This document shows, piece after piece, positions 24,114 to 35,061 of a stretch of DNA of 64,000 bases. The DNA lies in NCBI RefSeq assembly GCF_963921235.1, contig NC_086101.1:22134001-22198000 (forward strand), in the 5' to 3' direction. Positions within the stretch are counted from its first letter, which is position 1. The number at the start of each line of letters is the position of its first letter. The position numbers and the translations under genes are program-made. The stretch comes from Mobula hypostoma. Its lineage: Eukaryota. The notes below the pieces were generated by a model. It did no database searches. It was not told the DNA's origin and saw nothing but the letters and a program-made list of their open reading frames with translations.

Positions 24114-26303
24114 GTGAGTAGCTTGTGTCACTGAGCATTTATATTAGGATTGGATGCTGTTCAGCTTGGACAAGTTCTCATGAACAGACACAAATTGCTG
24201 CAGGAATTCTGCACATCAGACAGCATCTATGGAGAGGAATGATACTGATGAAGGGTCTCAGATTGAAACGTCGCCTGTTCATTCCTCTCCATAAATGCAG
24301 CCTGACCTGCTGAGTTCCTCCAGCACCAGTGTATGTGAGTGTTACTCTGGATTTCCATAAGACATAGGAGCAGAAATAGGCCATTCAGCCCATTGAGTCT
24401 GCTCTCCCATTTCACCATGACTGACCCATTTCCCTCTCGACTCCATTCTTCTGATTCTCCCATAACCTACATGCTCCAACTAATCAAGAACCTATCAACC
24501 TACGCCTTAATTACATCCAGTGACCTGGCCTGCACAGCTGCCAGTGTCAAGAAATTCCACAGATTCACCTCCCTCTGGGAAAAGAGCTTCCCCCTCTCTC
24601 TGTTCTAAATGGATGTCCTTCTATCTTGAGGCTGTGTCTTCTGGTCATAGGTTCCCCCACCAAAGTAAACAGCCTCTTCACATCTGCACTATCTCGGCCT
24701 TTCAGTATTCAATGAGATTCCCCCACCACCCCCAGTCCTTCTCAATTCCAGCGAGTACAGGCCCTGAGCCTTCAATCGCTACTCTTTCCCTCCTGGAATC
24801 ATTCTCGTGAACCTACTCCAATCCCTGTCCAGTATCAGCATGTTCTTTCTTGGATAAGGTGCCCAAAACTGCTCACACCACTCTGAGGCCTCACCCTTGC
24901 CTTATACAGGCCTCAGCATTACATCTTTGTGTTTATATTGTAGTCCTCTTGAAATGAATGCTAACATTTCATTTGCCTTCCTCACAACTGATTCAACCTG
25001 CATATTAACCTTTTGGGAATCCTACATGAGGATTTCCAAATCCCATTGCACCTCAGATTTTTGAATCTTCTTCCCATTTAGAAAGTAGTCTACACTTTTA
25101 TTCCTTCTACCAAAGTGTGTGCCCATACACATCCCGACACAGTATTCAATCTGCCGCCTCTTTGCCCATTCTTCTAATCTGTCTAACTCCTCCTGCAGCC
25201 TCCCTGCTTCCTCAACACTACCTACCCCTCCATCTATCTTCATATCATCAGCAAACTTGGTCGCAAAAATGGTCAATTCCATTATCCGAATTGTTGACAT
25301 ACAATGTAGAAGAATCGGTCCCAACACAGACCCCTATGGAACACCACTAGTCACCAGCAGCCAATCCAAAAAAAGTTTCCCTTTATTCCCACACTTAGCC
25401 TCCTGCCACTCAGCCAATGCTAGAACCTTTCCTGTGATACCCTGGGCGCTTATCTTGTTAAGCAGCTTTATGTGTGACATCTTGTCAAAGGCCTTCTGAA
25501 AATCCAAGTACACAACATCCACCAATTCTCTTCGTCTATCCTACTTATTATTCAAAGAATTCCAACATATTTGTCATGCCAGCTTTTCTCTTAAGGAAGC
25601 TATGGTGACTTTAGCCTATTTTGTCAAGTGCCTCCAAGTTCCCCGAAATTACATCCTCGACAATCGAATCCAACACTTTCCCAGCCACTCAGGTCAGGCT
25701 AACTGGCCTATAATTTCCTTCCTGCTGCCTGCCTCCCTCCCTGTTTGAAGGGTGGAGTGACTTTTCAATTTTCCTGTCCTCCAAATCCATGCCAGAATCG
25801 ATTTCTTGAAAGTTCATTACTAACGCCTCCATAATCTCTTCAGCTACCTCTTTTCGAACCCTGGGGTGTTGTCTGGCAGGACCAAATGACTTTAGACCTT
25901 TCTGTTTCCCAAACACCATCTCCCTTGTAATAGCAACTGCACTCACTTTTACCCCTTGATACTCTTGAACTTCTGGCATACTGGTGTCTTCCCCAGTGAA
26001 GACTGATAGAAAATACTCACTCGGTTCGTCCACCTTTCCCTTGTCCCGCATTACTATCTCTCCAGCGTCATTTTCCAATGGTCCAATCCTACTATTGCCT
26101 CCTTTTATATATCTGAAAATATATTGGTATTTTAGGCCAGCTTAGCTACATATTTCATCTTCCCCCGCCCCCCCCAGCAAAACTTTTTTTTAGTTGCCTT
26201 CTGTTTAGTTATGTATATCACCTTGCCTTGAACCCTGCCCACATTTCACCCTTTTCAAGGATGCAACATAACTGATTTTTTTTCCTTCCTTAATGCCCAA
26301 CAG

Positions 26304-26606
26304 AGATGAAGCGAGTTCAGGGTGTACTTGGTGAAAATGTTTTGTTGGAGTCTGGAAACAGTGCTGATCTCCACGGTCATGAAGTTGTGTGGAAGTTCAC
26401 TAGCAACAATGGAACCGAGTTCACCATTTTGGATGTTGGACCAAACCACCCAGAAGAGAAACCAAACAAATATTTTAAAGATCGTTTAAATTTTAATCTG
26501 TCCACTGGAGATTTATTATTAAGCAATTTAAAGACAAGTGACCAGGGAAATTATACTATCAGCGTTAATGGTCTGAAGCTGAGAAAAATAGATTTGCGAA
26601 TCTTTG
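26304..26606 (+). CDS. IgV-like exon copy 3
   Basis: cccaacag acceptor; GTGAGT donor; phase 1-1; open frame MKRVQGVLG...KIDLRIF. Confidence 0.9.
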
Positions 26607-26849
26607 GTGAGTAGCTTGTGTCACTGAGCGTTTATATTAGGATTGGATGCTGTTCAGCTTGGACAAGTTCTCATGAACAGACACAAATTGCTGCAGGAAT
26701 TCTGCACATCAGACAGCATCTATGGAGAGGAATGATACTGATGAAGGGTCTCAGGTTGAAATGTCGCCTGTTCATTCCTCTCTATAAATGCAGCCTGACC
26801 TGCTGAGTTCCTCCAGCACCAGTGTATGTGAGTGTTACTCTGGATTTCC

Positions 26850-29490
26850 ATAAGACATAGGAGCAGAAATAGGCCATTCAGCCTGTTGAGTCTGCTCTCC
26901 CATTTCCCTCTCGACTCCATTCTTCTGCTTCTCCCATAACCTACATGCTCCAACTAATCAAGAACCTATCAACCTACTCCTTAAATGCATCCAGTGACCT
27001 GGGCTGCACAGCTGCCAGTGGCAAGAAATTCCACAGATTCACCTCCCTCTGGGAAAAGAGCTTCCCCCTCTCTCTGTTCTAAATGGATGTCCTTCTTGAG
27101 GCTGTTTCTTCTGGTCATAGGTTCCCCCACCAAAGTAAACAGCCTCTTCACATCTGCACTATCTCGGCCTTTCAGTATTCAATGAGATTCCCCCACCACC
27201 CCCAGTCCTTCTCAATTCCAGCGAGTACAGGCCCTGAGCCTTCAATCGCCACTCTTTCCCTCCTGGAATCATTCTCGTGAACCTACTCCAATCCCTGTCC
27301 AGTATCAGCATGTTCTTTCTTGGATAAGGTGCCCAAAACTGCTCACACCACTCTGAGGCCTCACCCTTGCCTTATACAGGCCTCAGCATTACATCTTTGT
27401 GTTTATATTGTAGTCCTCTTGAAATGAATGCTAACATTTCATTTGCCTTCCTCACAACTGATTCAACCTGCATATTAACCTTTTGGGAATCTTACATGAG
27501 GATTCCCAAATCCCATTGCACCTCAGATTTTTGAATCTTCTTCCCATTTAGAAAGTAGTCTACACTTTTATTCCTTCTACCAAAGTGTGTGCCCATACAC
27601 ATCCCGACACAGTATTCAATCTGCCGCCTCTTTGCCCATTCTTCTAATCTGTCTAACTCCTCCTGCAGCCTCCCTGCTTCCTCAACACTACCTACCCCTC
27701 CATCTATCTTCATATCATCAGCAAACTTGGTCGCAAAGATGATCAATTCCATTATCCGAATTGTTGACATACAATGTAGAAGAATCGGTCCCAACACAGA
27801 CCCCTATGGAACACCACTAGTCACCAGCAGCCAATCCAAAAAAAGTTTCCCTTTATTCCCACACTTAGCCTCCTGCCACTCAGCCAATGCTAGAACCTTT
27901 CCTGTGATACCCTGGGCGCTTATCTTGTTTAGCAGCTTTACGTGTGACATCTTGTCAAAGGCCTTCTGAAAATCCAAGTACACAACATCCACCAATTCTC
28001 TTCGTCTATCCTACTTATTATTCAAAGAATTCCAACAGATTTGTCATGCCAGTTTTTCCCTTAAGGAAGCTATGGTGACTTTAGCCTATTTTGTCAAGTG
28101 CCTCCAAGTTCCCCGAAATTACATCCCCGACAATCGAATCTAACACTTTCCCAGCCACTCAGGTCAGGCGAACTGGCCTATATTTTCCTTTATTCTGTCT
28201 TCCTCCCTTCTTGAAGAGTAGAGCGACATTTGTAATTTCCAGTCCTCCAAATCCGTGCCAGAATCTATTGTTTCTTGAAAGGTCATTAATTGTGCCTCTA
28301 TAATCACCAGCTACCTCTTTTCGAACCCTGGGGTATTATCTGGGAGGTCTGGGTGACTTTAGTCTTTTCTGTTTCCCAAACACCATCTCCCTTGTAATAG
28401 CAACTGCACTCACTTTTGCCCCTTGACACTCTTGAACTTCCGGCATTGTCTTCCACAGTGTAGACTGATACAAAATGCTCACTCGGTTCATCGACCATTT
28501 CCTTGTCCTACATTACTATCTCTCCAGTGTCATTTTCCAGTGGTCTAATATCTACTCTTGCCTCTCTTTATATATCTGAAAATATATCGGTATTTTTAGC
28601 TAGCTTACCAACATATTTCATCTTCCCCCTCCCAATGTTCTTTTAAGTTGCCTTCTGTTTAAATATCTCTCAATTCTCGAACTTTCCCTCTAATTTTTGC
28701 TCTACTAGATGCTATTTCTGTTGCTTTAATGTTGGCTTTGACTTCACTTGTCAGCCACAGTTGCATCTTTCTACCTTAAGAACACTTCCTCTTCTTTGGG
28801 ATGTATCTATCCTGTGTCTTCCGAATTGCTCCTGGAAACTCCAGCCTTTGCTGCTCTGCCATCATCCCTGCTAGTGTTCCCTTCCAAAGAACTTTGCCCA
28901 GCTCCTCTCTCATGCCTCTATAATTCTCTTCACTCCACTATAATACTGATATATCATATTTGAGCTTCTCCCTCCTAAATTGCAGGATGAATTCTATCAT
29001 ATTATGATCTGTTTCCTAAGGGTTCTTTTACGTTCAGCTCCCTAATCATATCCAGTACATTACACAACACCTAATCCAGAATTGCTGATCCCCCAGAGGC
29101 TTAACCACAAGCTGCTCCAAAAACCCATCTTGGAGGCATTCCACAAATTCCCTCTCTTGGGATCCAGAGTCAACTTGATTTTCCCAATCTATCTGCATAT
29201 TGAAATCTCTTGTGACAAAAGTAACATTACCTTTTTGACATGCTTTTTCTATCTCCTACTGTAATTTGTACACCTTGTTTTGGCTATAGTTCGAAATCCC
29301 GTAAGTAACTCCCATCAGGGTCTTCTTACCCTTGCAGTTTCTTCACTCTACCTACAAAGATTCTACATCTTCTGGTCGTATGTCACCTCCTTCTAAAGAT
29401 GTGATTTAATTTCTTACCAGCAGAGCCACTCCTCCTCCTCTGCCTACATGCCTGTCCTTTCAAGAGACTGTGTATCTTTAGGTATTAAGC
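26850..29490 (-). mobile_element. Old decayed CR1 (the duplicated unit ends inside it; continues into the APE region after copy 3)
   Basis: KFADD, DFQKAFDK and GDF-like motifs in broken minus ORFs; partial copies at 22613-23715 and 24355-26210. Confidence 0.8.
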
Positions 29491-29669
29491 TTATACATCT
29501 GAAGACTTTCTTGTGTCCTCATTTGCTCTTTGCAAGTCAATATAGTGAATCTTGCTCCCTTGCAGATCATTTTCTTTAATGTAGTCTAGCTGTTCAACTG
29601 TCTTTTGAATTCTATAAATAAATGCCTGCACTACTATCCCAGACAATTCATTTCCGAGACTAGTCAAAT

Positions 29670-32600
29670 TAAGTCAAGTTTATTGTCATTTAACTATAAC
29701 GTGTATAACCATACGATGTACAGAGAAACAAAACATTTCTTCGAACCGGGGTGTAAAGCACATAACACACATAGCACATGATGACATATGAAGGTAAGGA
29801 TAAAATCTACAGATGAATCACACATAAATAACAAACTAAAGTAAATTAATATTAAATATTGTAAGGTAAGGAACAGATTAACCAGTGGCACTTCGAATAC
29901 GATACAGCAGGGAGTTCAGAAGCCTGATGGCCTGGGGGAAGAAACTGTTTCTCATTCTGACCGTTATTGTTTATATGCATTGTAGTCTCCTGCCTGCTGG
30001 TAGAAAGTCAAAGAGGATGCTGGATGCAGGGGATCCTTAATAATACTAAGGGCCCTGTACACACAGTGCTCCTGATAAATGACCCTGATGAATGGTAGGG
30101 AGACCCCTATAATCGTGTCAGCTATTCTCACAGTCCTTTGTGGGGATTTCTGGTGCAGTGCTCGACTGCTGCCATACCAGATGGAGATGCAACTTGTCAG
30201 GACACTCTCAATGGGGCTCCTGTAAAACACAGTTAAGAGGGTAAGGGGCGTGGGGGTCAGGTAGCCTTGCTTGCCTCCATCTTCTTAGGAAGTGGAGGTG
30301 CTGCTGTGCCTTCTTTTTCAGGGAGGTGATATCAAGGGACCAGATGAAGTCATTTGTGGTGTGAACTCCCAGCAACTTGGTGCACTTAACTCTCTATACA
30401 GAAGCCAGGTTTTCGCAGAGGGGGATGGTTCATCTGCACCTCCCTGAGGTCCACAATGATTTCCTTTGTCTTCTCAGTGTTCAGGCTTAGGGTGTTTTTC
30501 TCACACCATCCGCCAGCCCCTCCATGTCCTCTCTGTATTCCATCTCATCACGTTCTTGGTAAGGCCGACCACTGTTGTGTCATCCGCAAACTCGGTGACA
30601 CGGCTTGAGCGGGATCATGCGACAGACACAGTCATGTGTCAGCGGCGTGAACAGCCGTGGGCTGAGCACTCAGACTTGGGGAGCGCCAGTGCTCGGCGAA
30701 ATGGAACAAGAGACATTGTTGTCCACATGGACTGACTGTGGCCTTACTGTTAAGATGCCCAGTATCCAATTGCAGAAGGAGGTGCTGAGACCAAGCGAGG
30801 ACAGTTTCTCCACCAGTTTCTGGGGTAGGTTATGATGGTGTTGAACTCAACTCCGAACTGAACTCTATAAACAGCAGTCTGGCGTATGAGACCCCGTTTT
30901 CCAGTTGGGACAGGACAGTGGAAAGCTGTGGCTATTGCATTGTCAGTGGATCGACTTGACCGATAAGTGAACTGGAAAGGATCCAATGTAGCCAGGAGAA
31001 AGGCTTTAATGTGCTCCATGACCAGCCGCTCAAAGTATTTCATAATCATTGATGTTAATGCCAGCCGACGATTGTCATTTTGGTAGGATACTGGCGCTAG
31101 GCACGGACCTCTGCTGTAAGCCATGGCTTCTGATTTTCCCTCACCCGGATGTGTTTCATGATGGTAACATCCTCAGTACACTTCTCTGTGGCTGGTCACA
31201 GAATCGGCACACAGTGTTGCTAGAAAGTTTGGAAACCCTTTAGAATTTTCTCTGTTTCTTCATAAATATGACCGAAAATGTAATCAGTTTTTCATGTTGT
31301 CCTAAAGCTAGATAAAGAGAACCCAATTAAATAAATAACGCCAAAACATTGTACTGGTTTATTCATTTATTTATTGAGAAAAATGCTTCATCATGACATG
31401 TATTTGTTGGAAGAAGTATGTGAACCTTTGCTTTCAGCAACTGATGTGACCCCCTTGTACAGCAACAACTTCAACCAAACATTTCCAGTAACTGTTGATC
31501 AGTCCTGCACATCAACTTGTTGGACGCCGTTCCTCCTTACAAAACTGCTTCAACTCTGGAATGTTGGTGGGCTTCCTTGCATGAACTGCTGCTTCAGGTC
31601 CTTCCACAACATTTTGCATAGGATTAAGGTCAGGACTTTGACAACCATTCCATAACACAAATTTTCTTCTTTTTAAACCATTCTGTTGTTGACTTACTCT
31701 TTCGGATTATTGTCTTGTTGCATTATCCAACTTCTACTGAGCTTCAGGTGACGTACTGCTACCCTGACATTCTCCTGTAAAATATCTTGATACCATTTTG
31801 AATTTGTTGTTCTCTCAACGATTGCAAACCGTCTCAGCCCTGAGGCAGCAAAGCAGTCCCAAACCATGATGCTCCTTCCACCATACTCCACAGTTCAGAT
31901 GAGGTTTTGGTGTTGGTGTGCAGTGCCCTTTTTCTTCCAAACATGGCAATGTGCATTTCTGCCAAAAGGTTCAACTTTTGTCTCATCTGTCCAGAGAACA
32001 TTGTCCCAGAATTGTTATAGAACATCCAGGTGGTCTTTTGCAAACTTGAGAAGTGCAGCAAAGTTTTTTTTCTGGAGAGGAGTGGTTTCCTCTGTGGTGT
32101 CCTTCCATGAACACCATCCTGTTCAGTGTTTTTCTTAAAGGGAACACATGAACAGAGACTTTAGTAAGTTCTAGAGATTTCTGAGGGTCTTTTGCTGTTA
32201 CCCTTGAGTTCTTTTTCACCCTCTTCAGCATTGCACATTGCGCTCTTGGTGTGATCTTTGCAGGATGCCCACTCCTAGGAAAAGTAGCAACAGCACTGCG
32301 TTTCCTCCATTTGTAGCCAATATATTTTACTGTGGACTGATGAACACTCAGGTCTTTAGAAATGCTTTTGTAGCCTTTTCCAGCTTCATGCACCTCTACA
32401 GTTCTTCTTCTAAGGTCCTCTGAAAGTTGTTTTCATTGAGGCATGGTGCATGTAAACAGATCTTTCTTGAGAAGAGCAGGCTTTCAGTAGCCTGACTTTG
32501 TGTGTCTTTTTTATCGGGCAGGGCACCTCTGCAATCCACACCTCCAATCTCATCTCATTGATTGGAACACCTGACTCCATATTTGGAGAAGGCATTAGCC

Positions 32601-33222
32601 CAGAGGTTCACATACTTTTTCCAACAAATACATGTAATATTGGATCTTTTTGCCTCAACAGAAGTTTTTTTTGTGTGATGTATTTAATCGGGTTCTCTTT
32701 ATCTAGCTTGAGGACTTGCATAAAGATCTGATCACATTTTAAGTCATATTTATGCAGAAATAGCGAAAATTTTACAGGGTTCACAAACTTTCTATCAATA
32801 CTGTATTCCTCGAGGTTAACGTGGTTGCCATAGGTAACAACCTCCCTGAACATTCTCCAGTTTGTATTATCAAGGCAGTCCTGCAGTGTAGAGATTGCCC
32901 CCTCAGGCAAGATTTTCACCACCCTTGGAACTGGTTTGACCTGTTTGATCACTGGTTTGTTATGCTGGAATTAACATTACAGATTGGTGATTTGAGAGTC
33001 CATTGTGGGGTTGAGAGACTGCTTTATAGGCAGCTCGTATGTTAATGTAAACTGGTAGCAGATTCAACATGTTGATGGAATTTAGGCAGGACTGCCTTTA
33101 GGTTTGCATGGTTAAAATCACCTGTAATCATGAAGATACCATTGGGGTGTTTGGTTTGAAAGTCACTGATGGTGCTGTAGACCTCACGCAGTACCTTGCT
33201 GGTGGGGGAGGGTATTTACAGC
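29670..33222 (-). mobile_element. Decayed Rex1/Babar LINE interrupted by Tc1
   Basis: ALTSMIMKYFERLV...LDPFQF; GDFNHANLKAVLPKFHQHV at about 33060-33130; Rex-type 3' end near 29670. Confidence 0.75.
31212..32803 (-). mobile_element. Tc1-like DNA transposon, decayed
   Basis: TIRs cagtgttgctagaaagtttggaaaccc / gggttcacaaactttctatcaatactg-TA; HTH GKGYKSISK.L.V..STV, GGRSIMVW.CFAASG, QQDNNPK. Confidence 0.88.
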
Positions 33223-33224
33223 TA

Positions 33225-34756
33225 CAGTGGCATGCAAAAGTTTGGGCACCCCGGTCAAAATTTCTGTTACTGTGAATAGCTAAGCGAGTAAAAGATGACC
33301 TGATTTCCAAAAAGCATAAAGATGACACATTTCTTTAATATTTTCAGCCCGAAAACATTTTTATTTCCATCTTTTACAGTTTCAAAATAACAAAAAAGGA
33401 AAAGGGCCTGAAGCAAAAGTTTGGACACCCTGGTCAGTACTTAGTAACACCCGTTTTGGCAAGTATCACAGCTTGTAAATGCTTTTTGTAGCCAGCTAAG
33501 AGTCTTTCATTTCTTGTTTGGGGGAGTTTCACCCATTTTTCCTTGCAAAAGGTTTCTAGTTCTGTGAGATTCTTGGGCCATCTTGCATGCACTGCTCTTT
33601 TGAGGTCTATCCACAGATTTTTGATGATGTTTAGGTCGGGGAACTGTGAGAGCCATGGCCAGACCTCAGCTTGCGCCTCTTGAGGTAGTCCATTGTGGAT
33701 TTTGAGGTGTGTTTAGGATCATTTTGCTGTTGTAGAAGCCATCCTCTTTTCATCTTCAGCTTTTTTACAGACGGTGTGATGTTTGCTTCCAGAATTTGCT
33801 GGTACTTAATTGAATTCATTCTTTCCTCTACCAGTAAATGTTCCCCGTGCCACTGGCTGCAACACAAGCCCAAAGCATGATCGATCCACCTCCATGCTTA
33901 AGTTCTATTCAAAAAGTTCAAAGGAACATCTAACCAAGCCTGATGCATTTTGGAAACAAGTCCTGTGGACTGATGAAGTTAAAATAGAACTTTTTGGCCG
34001 CAATGAGCAGAGGTATGTTTGGAGAAAAAAGGGTGCAGAATTTCATGAAAAGAACCCCTCTCCAACTGTTAAGCACGGGGGTGGATCGATCATGCTTTGG
34101 GCTTGTGTTGCAGCCAGTGATACCTGTAACATTTACTGGCAGAGGAAAGAATGAATTCAATTAAATACCAGCAAATTCTGGAAGCAAACATCACACTGTC
34201 TGTGCAAAAGCTGAAGATGAAAAGAGGATGGCTTCTACAACAGGATAATGATCCTAAACACACCTCAAAATCCACAATGGACTACCTCAGGGGGCGCAAG
34301 CTGAAGGTTTTGCCATGGCCCTCACAGTCCCCTGACCTAAACATCATGGAGAATCTGTGGATAGACCTCAAAAGAGCAGCGCATGCAAGACGGCCCAAGA
34401 GTCTCACAGAACTAGAAGCCTTTGCAAGGAAAAATGGGTGAAAATCCCTCAAACAAGAATTGAAAGACTCTTAGCTGGCTACAGAAAGTGTTTACAAGCT
34501 GTCATACTTGCCAAAGGGGGTGTTACTAAGTACTGACCATGCAGGGTGCCCAAACTTTTGCTTTGGGCCTTTTACCTTTTTTGTTATTTTGAAGCTGTAA
34601 AAGATGGAAATAGAAATGTTTTCTTGATTAAAATATTAAAGAAATGTGTCATCTTTAACTTTATGCCTTTTGGAAATCAGTTCATCTTTTACTCGCTTAG
34701 CTATTCACAGTAACAGAAATTTTGACCAGAGGTGCCCAAACTTTTGCATGCCACTA
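33225..34756. mobile_element. Tc1-like (IR/DR-type) fold-back derivative made of two transposase 3' halves
   Basis: TA-cagtggcatgcaaaagtttgggcacc / ggtgcccaaacttttgcatgccacta-TA; 33225-33901 is the reverse complement of 34071-34756; WTDE, HGGGSIMLW, QDNDPKH, SPDLN motifs. Confidence 0.9.
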
Positions 34757-35061
34757 TATTCCTGAGCCTCCACATGGGACTTGGATAACTAACCCTAGTG
34801 AAATCCAAGAGGAAGCTATTGACATGATGAAGGAAGCTGTGAGCACTGCCAGAGATGGAGAACCTTCATTGCTGCCCTAAACACCAGCAGTGTAACGGGC
34901 AGTAAAACCAACATTGTGGGCCAAAGGGCCTGTAATGTCCTGTGTTCCAGTTCAGTCCTCTAACCACAAGTCGGTGAGACTGGGCAGGGGTGGCGCATTC
35001 TCTTCTCTGCAGCAGATAAATGGTTATTGCAACATCTCGCAGCTTTTATGTTAACTGGGTG

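Larger units (their letters stand above)
17463..28660 (+). repeat. Three-copy tandem duplication (about 2.5-kb unit: IgV exon, pLTR hairpin, antisense CR1 remnant); copy 1 expanded by CR1 and L1 insertions
   Basis: Units start at about 17463, 23719 and 26215 (tatcaccttgccttga); V2 to V3 period 2493 bp; long near-identical blocks such as 24661-25380 vs 27131-27850. Confidence 0.95.

Noticed and set aside
17463-28660. Repeat array as CRISPR or other prokaryotic system
   Set aside because: Kilobase-scale eukaryotic segmental duplication with spliceosomal exons; no repeat-spacer structure or cas genes.
33085-33222. Plus-strand KITCN... reading as a missing IgC2 exon
   Set aside because: The minus strand is the Rex1 endonuclease (GDFNHANLKAVLPKFHQHV); no second Cys/Trp Ig pattern.
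35013-35058. Small exon candidate DKWLLQHLAAFMLTG between V3 and TM1
   Set aside because: Good acceptor, but it ends in phase 2, which puts a stop in the TM1 exon; not compatible with the model.
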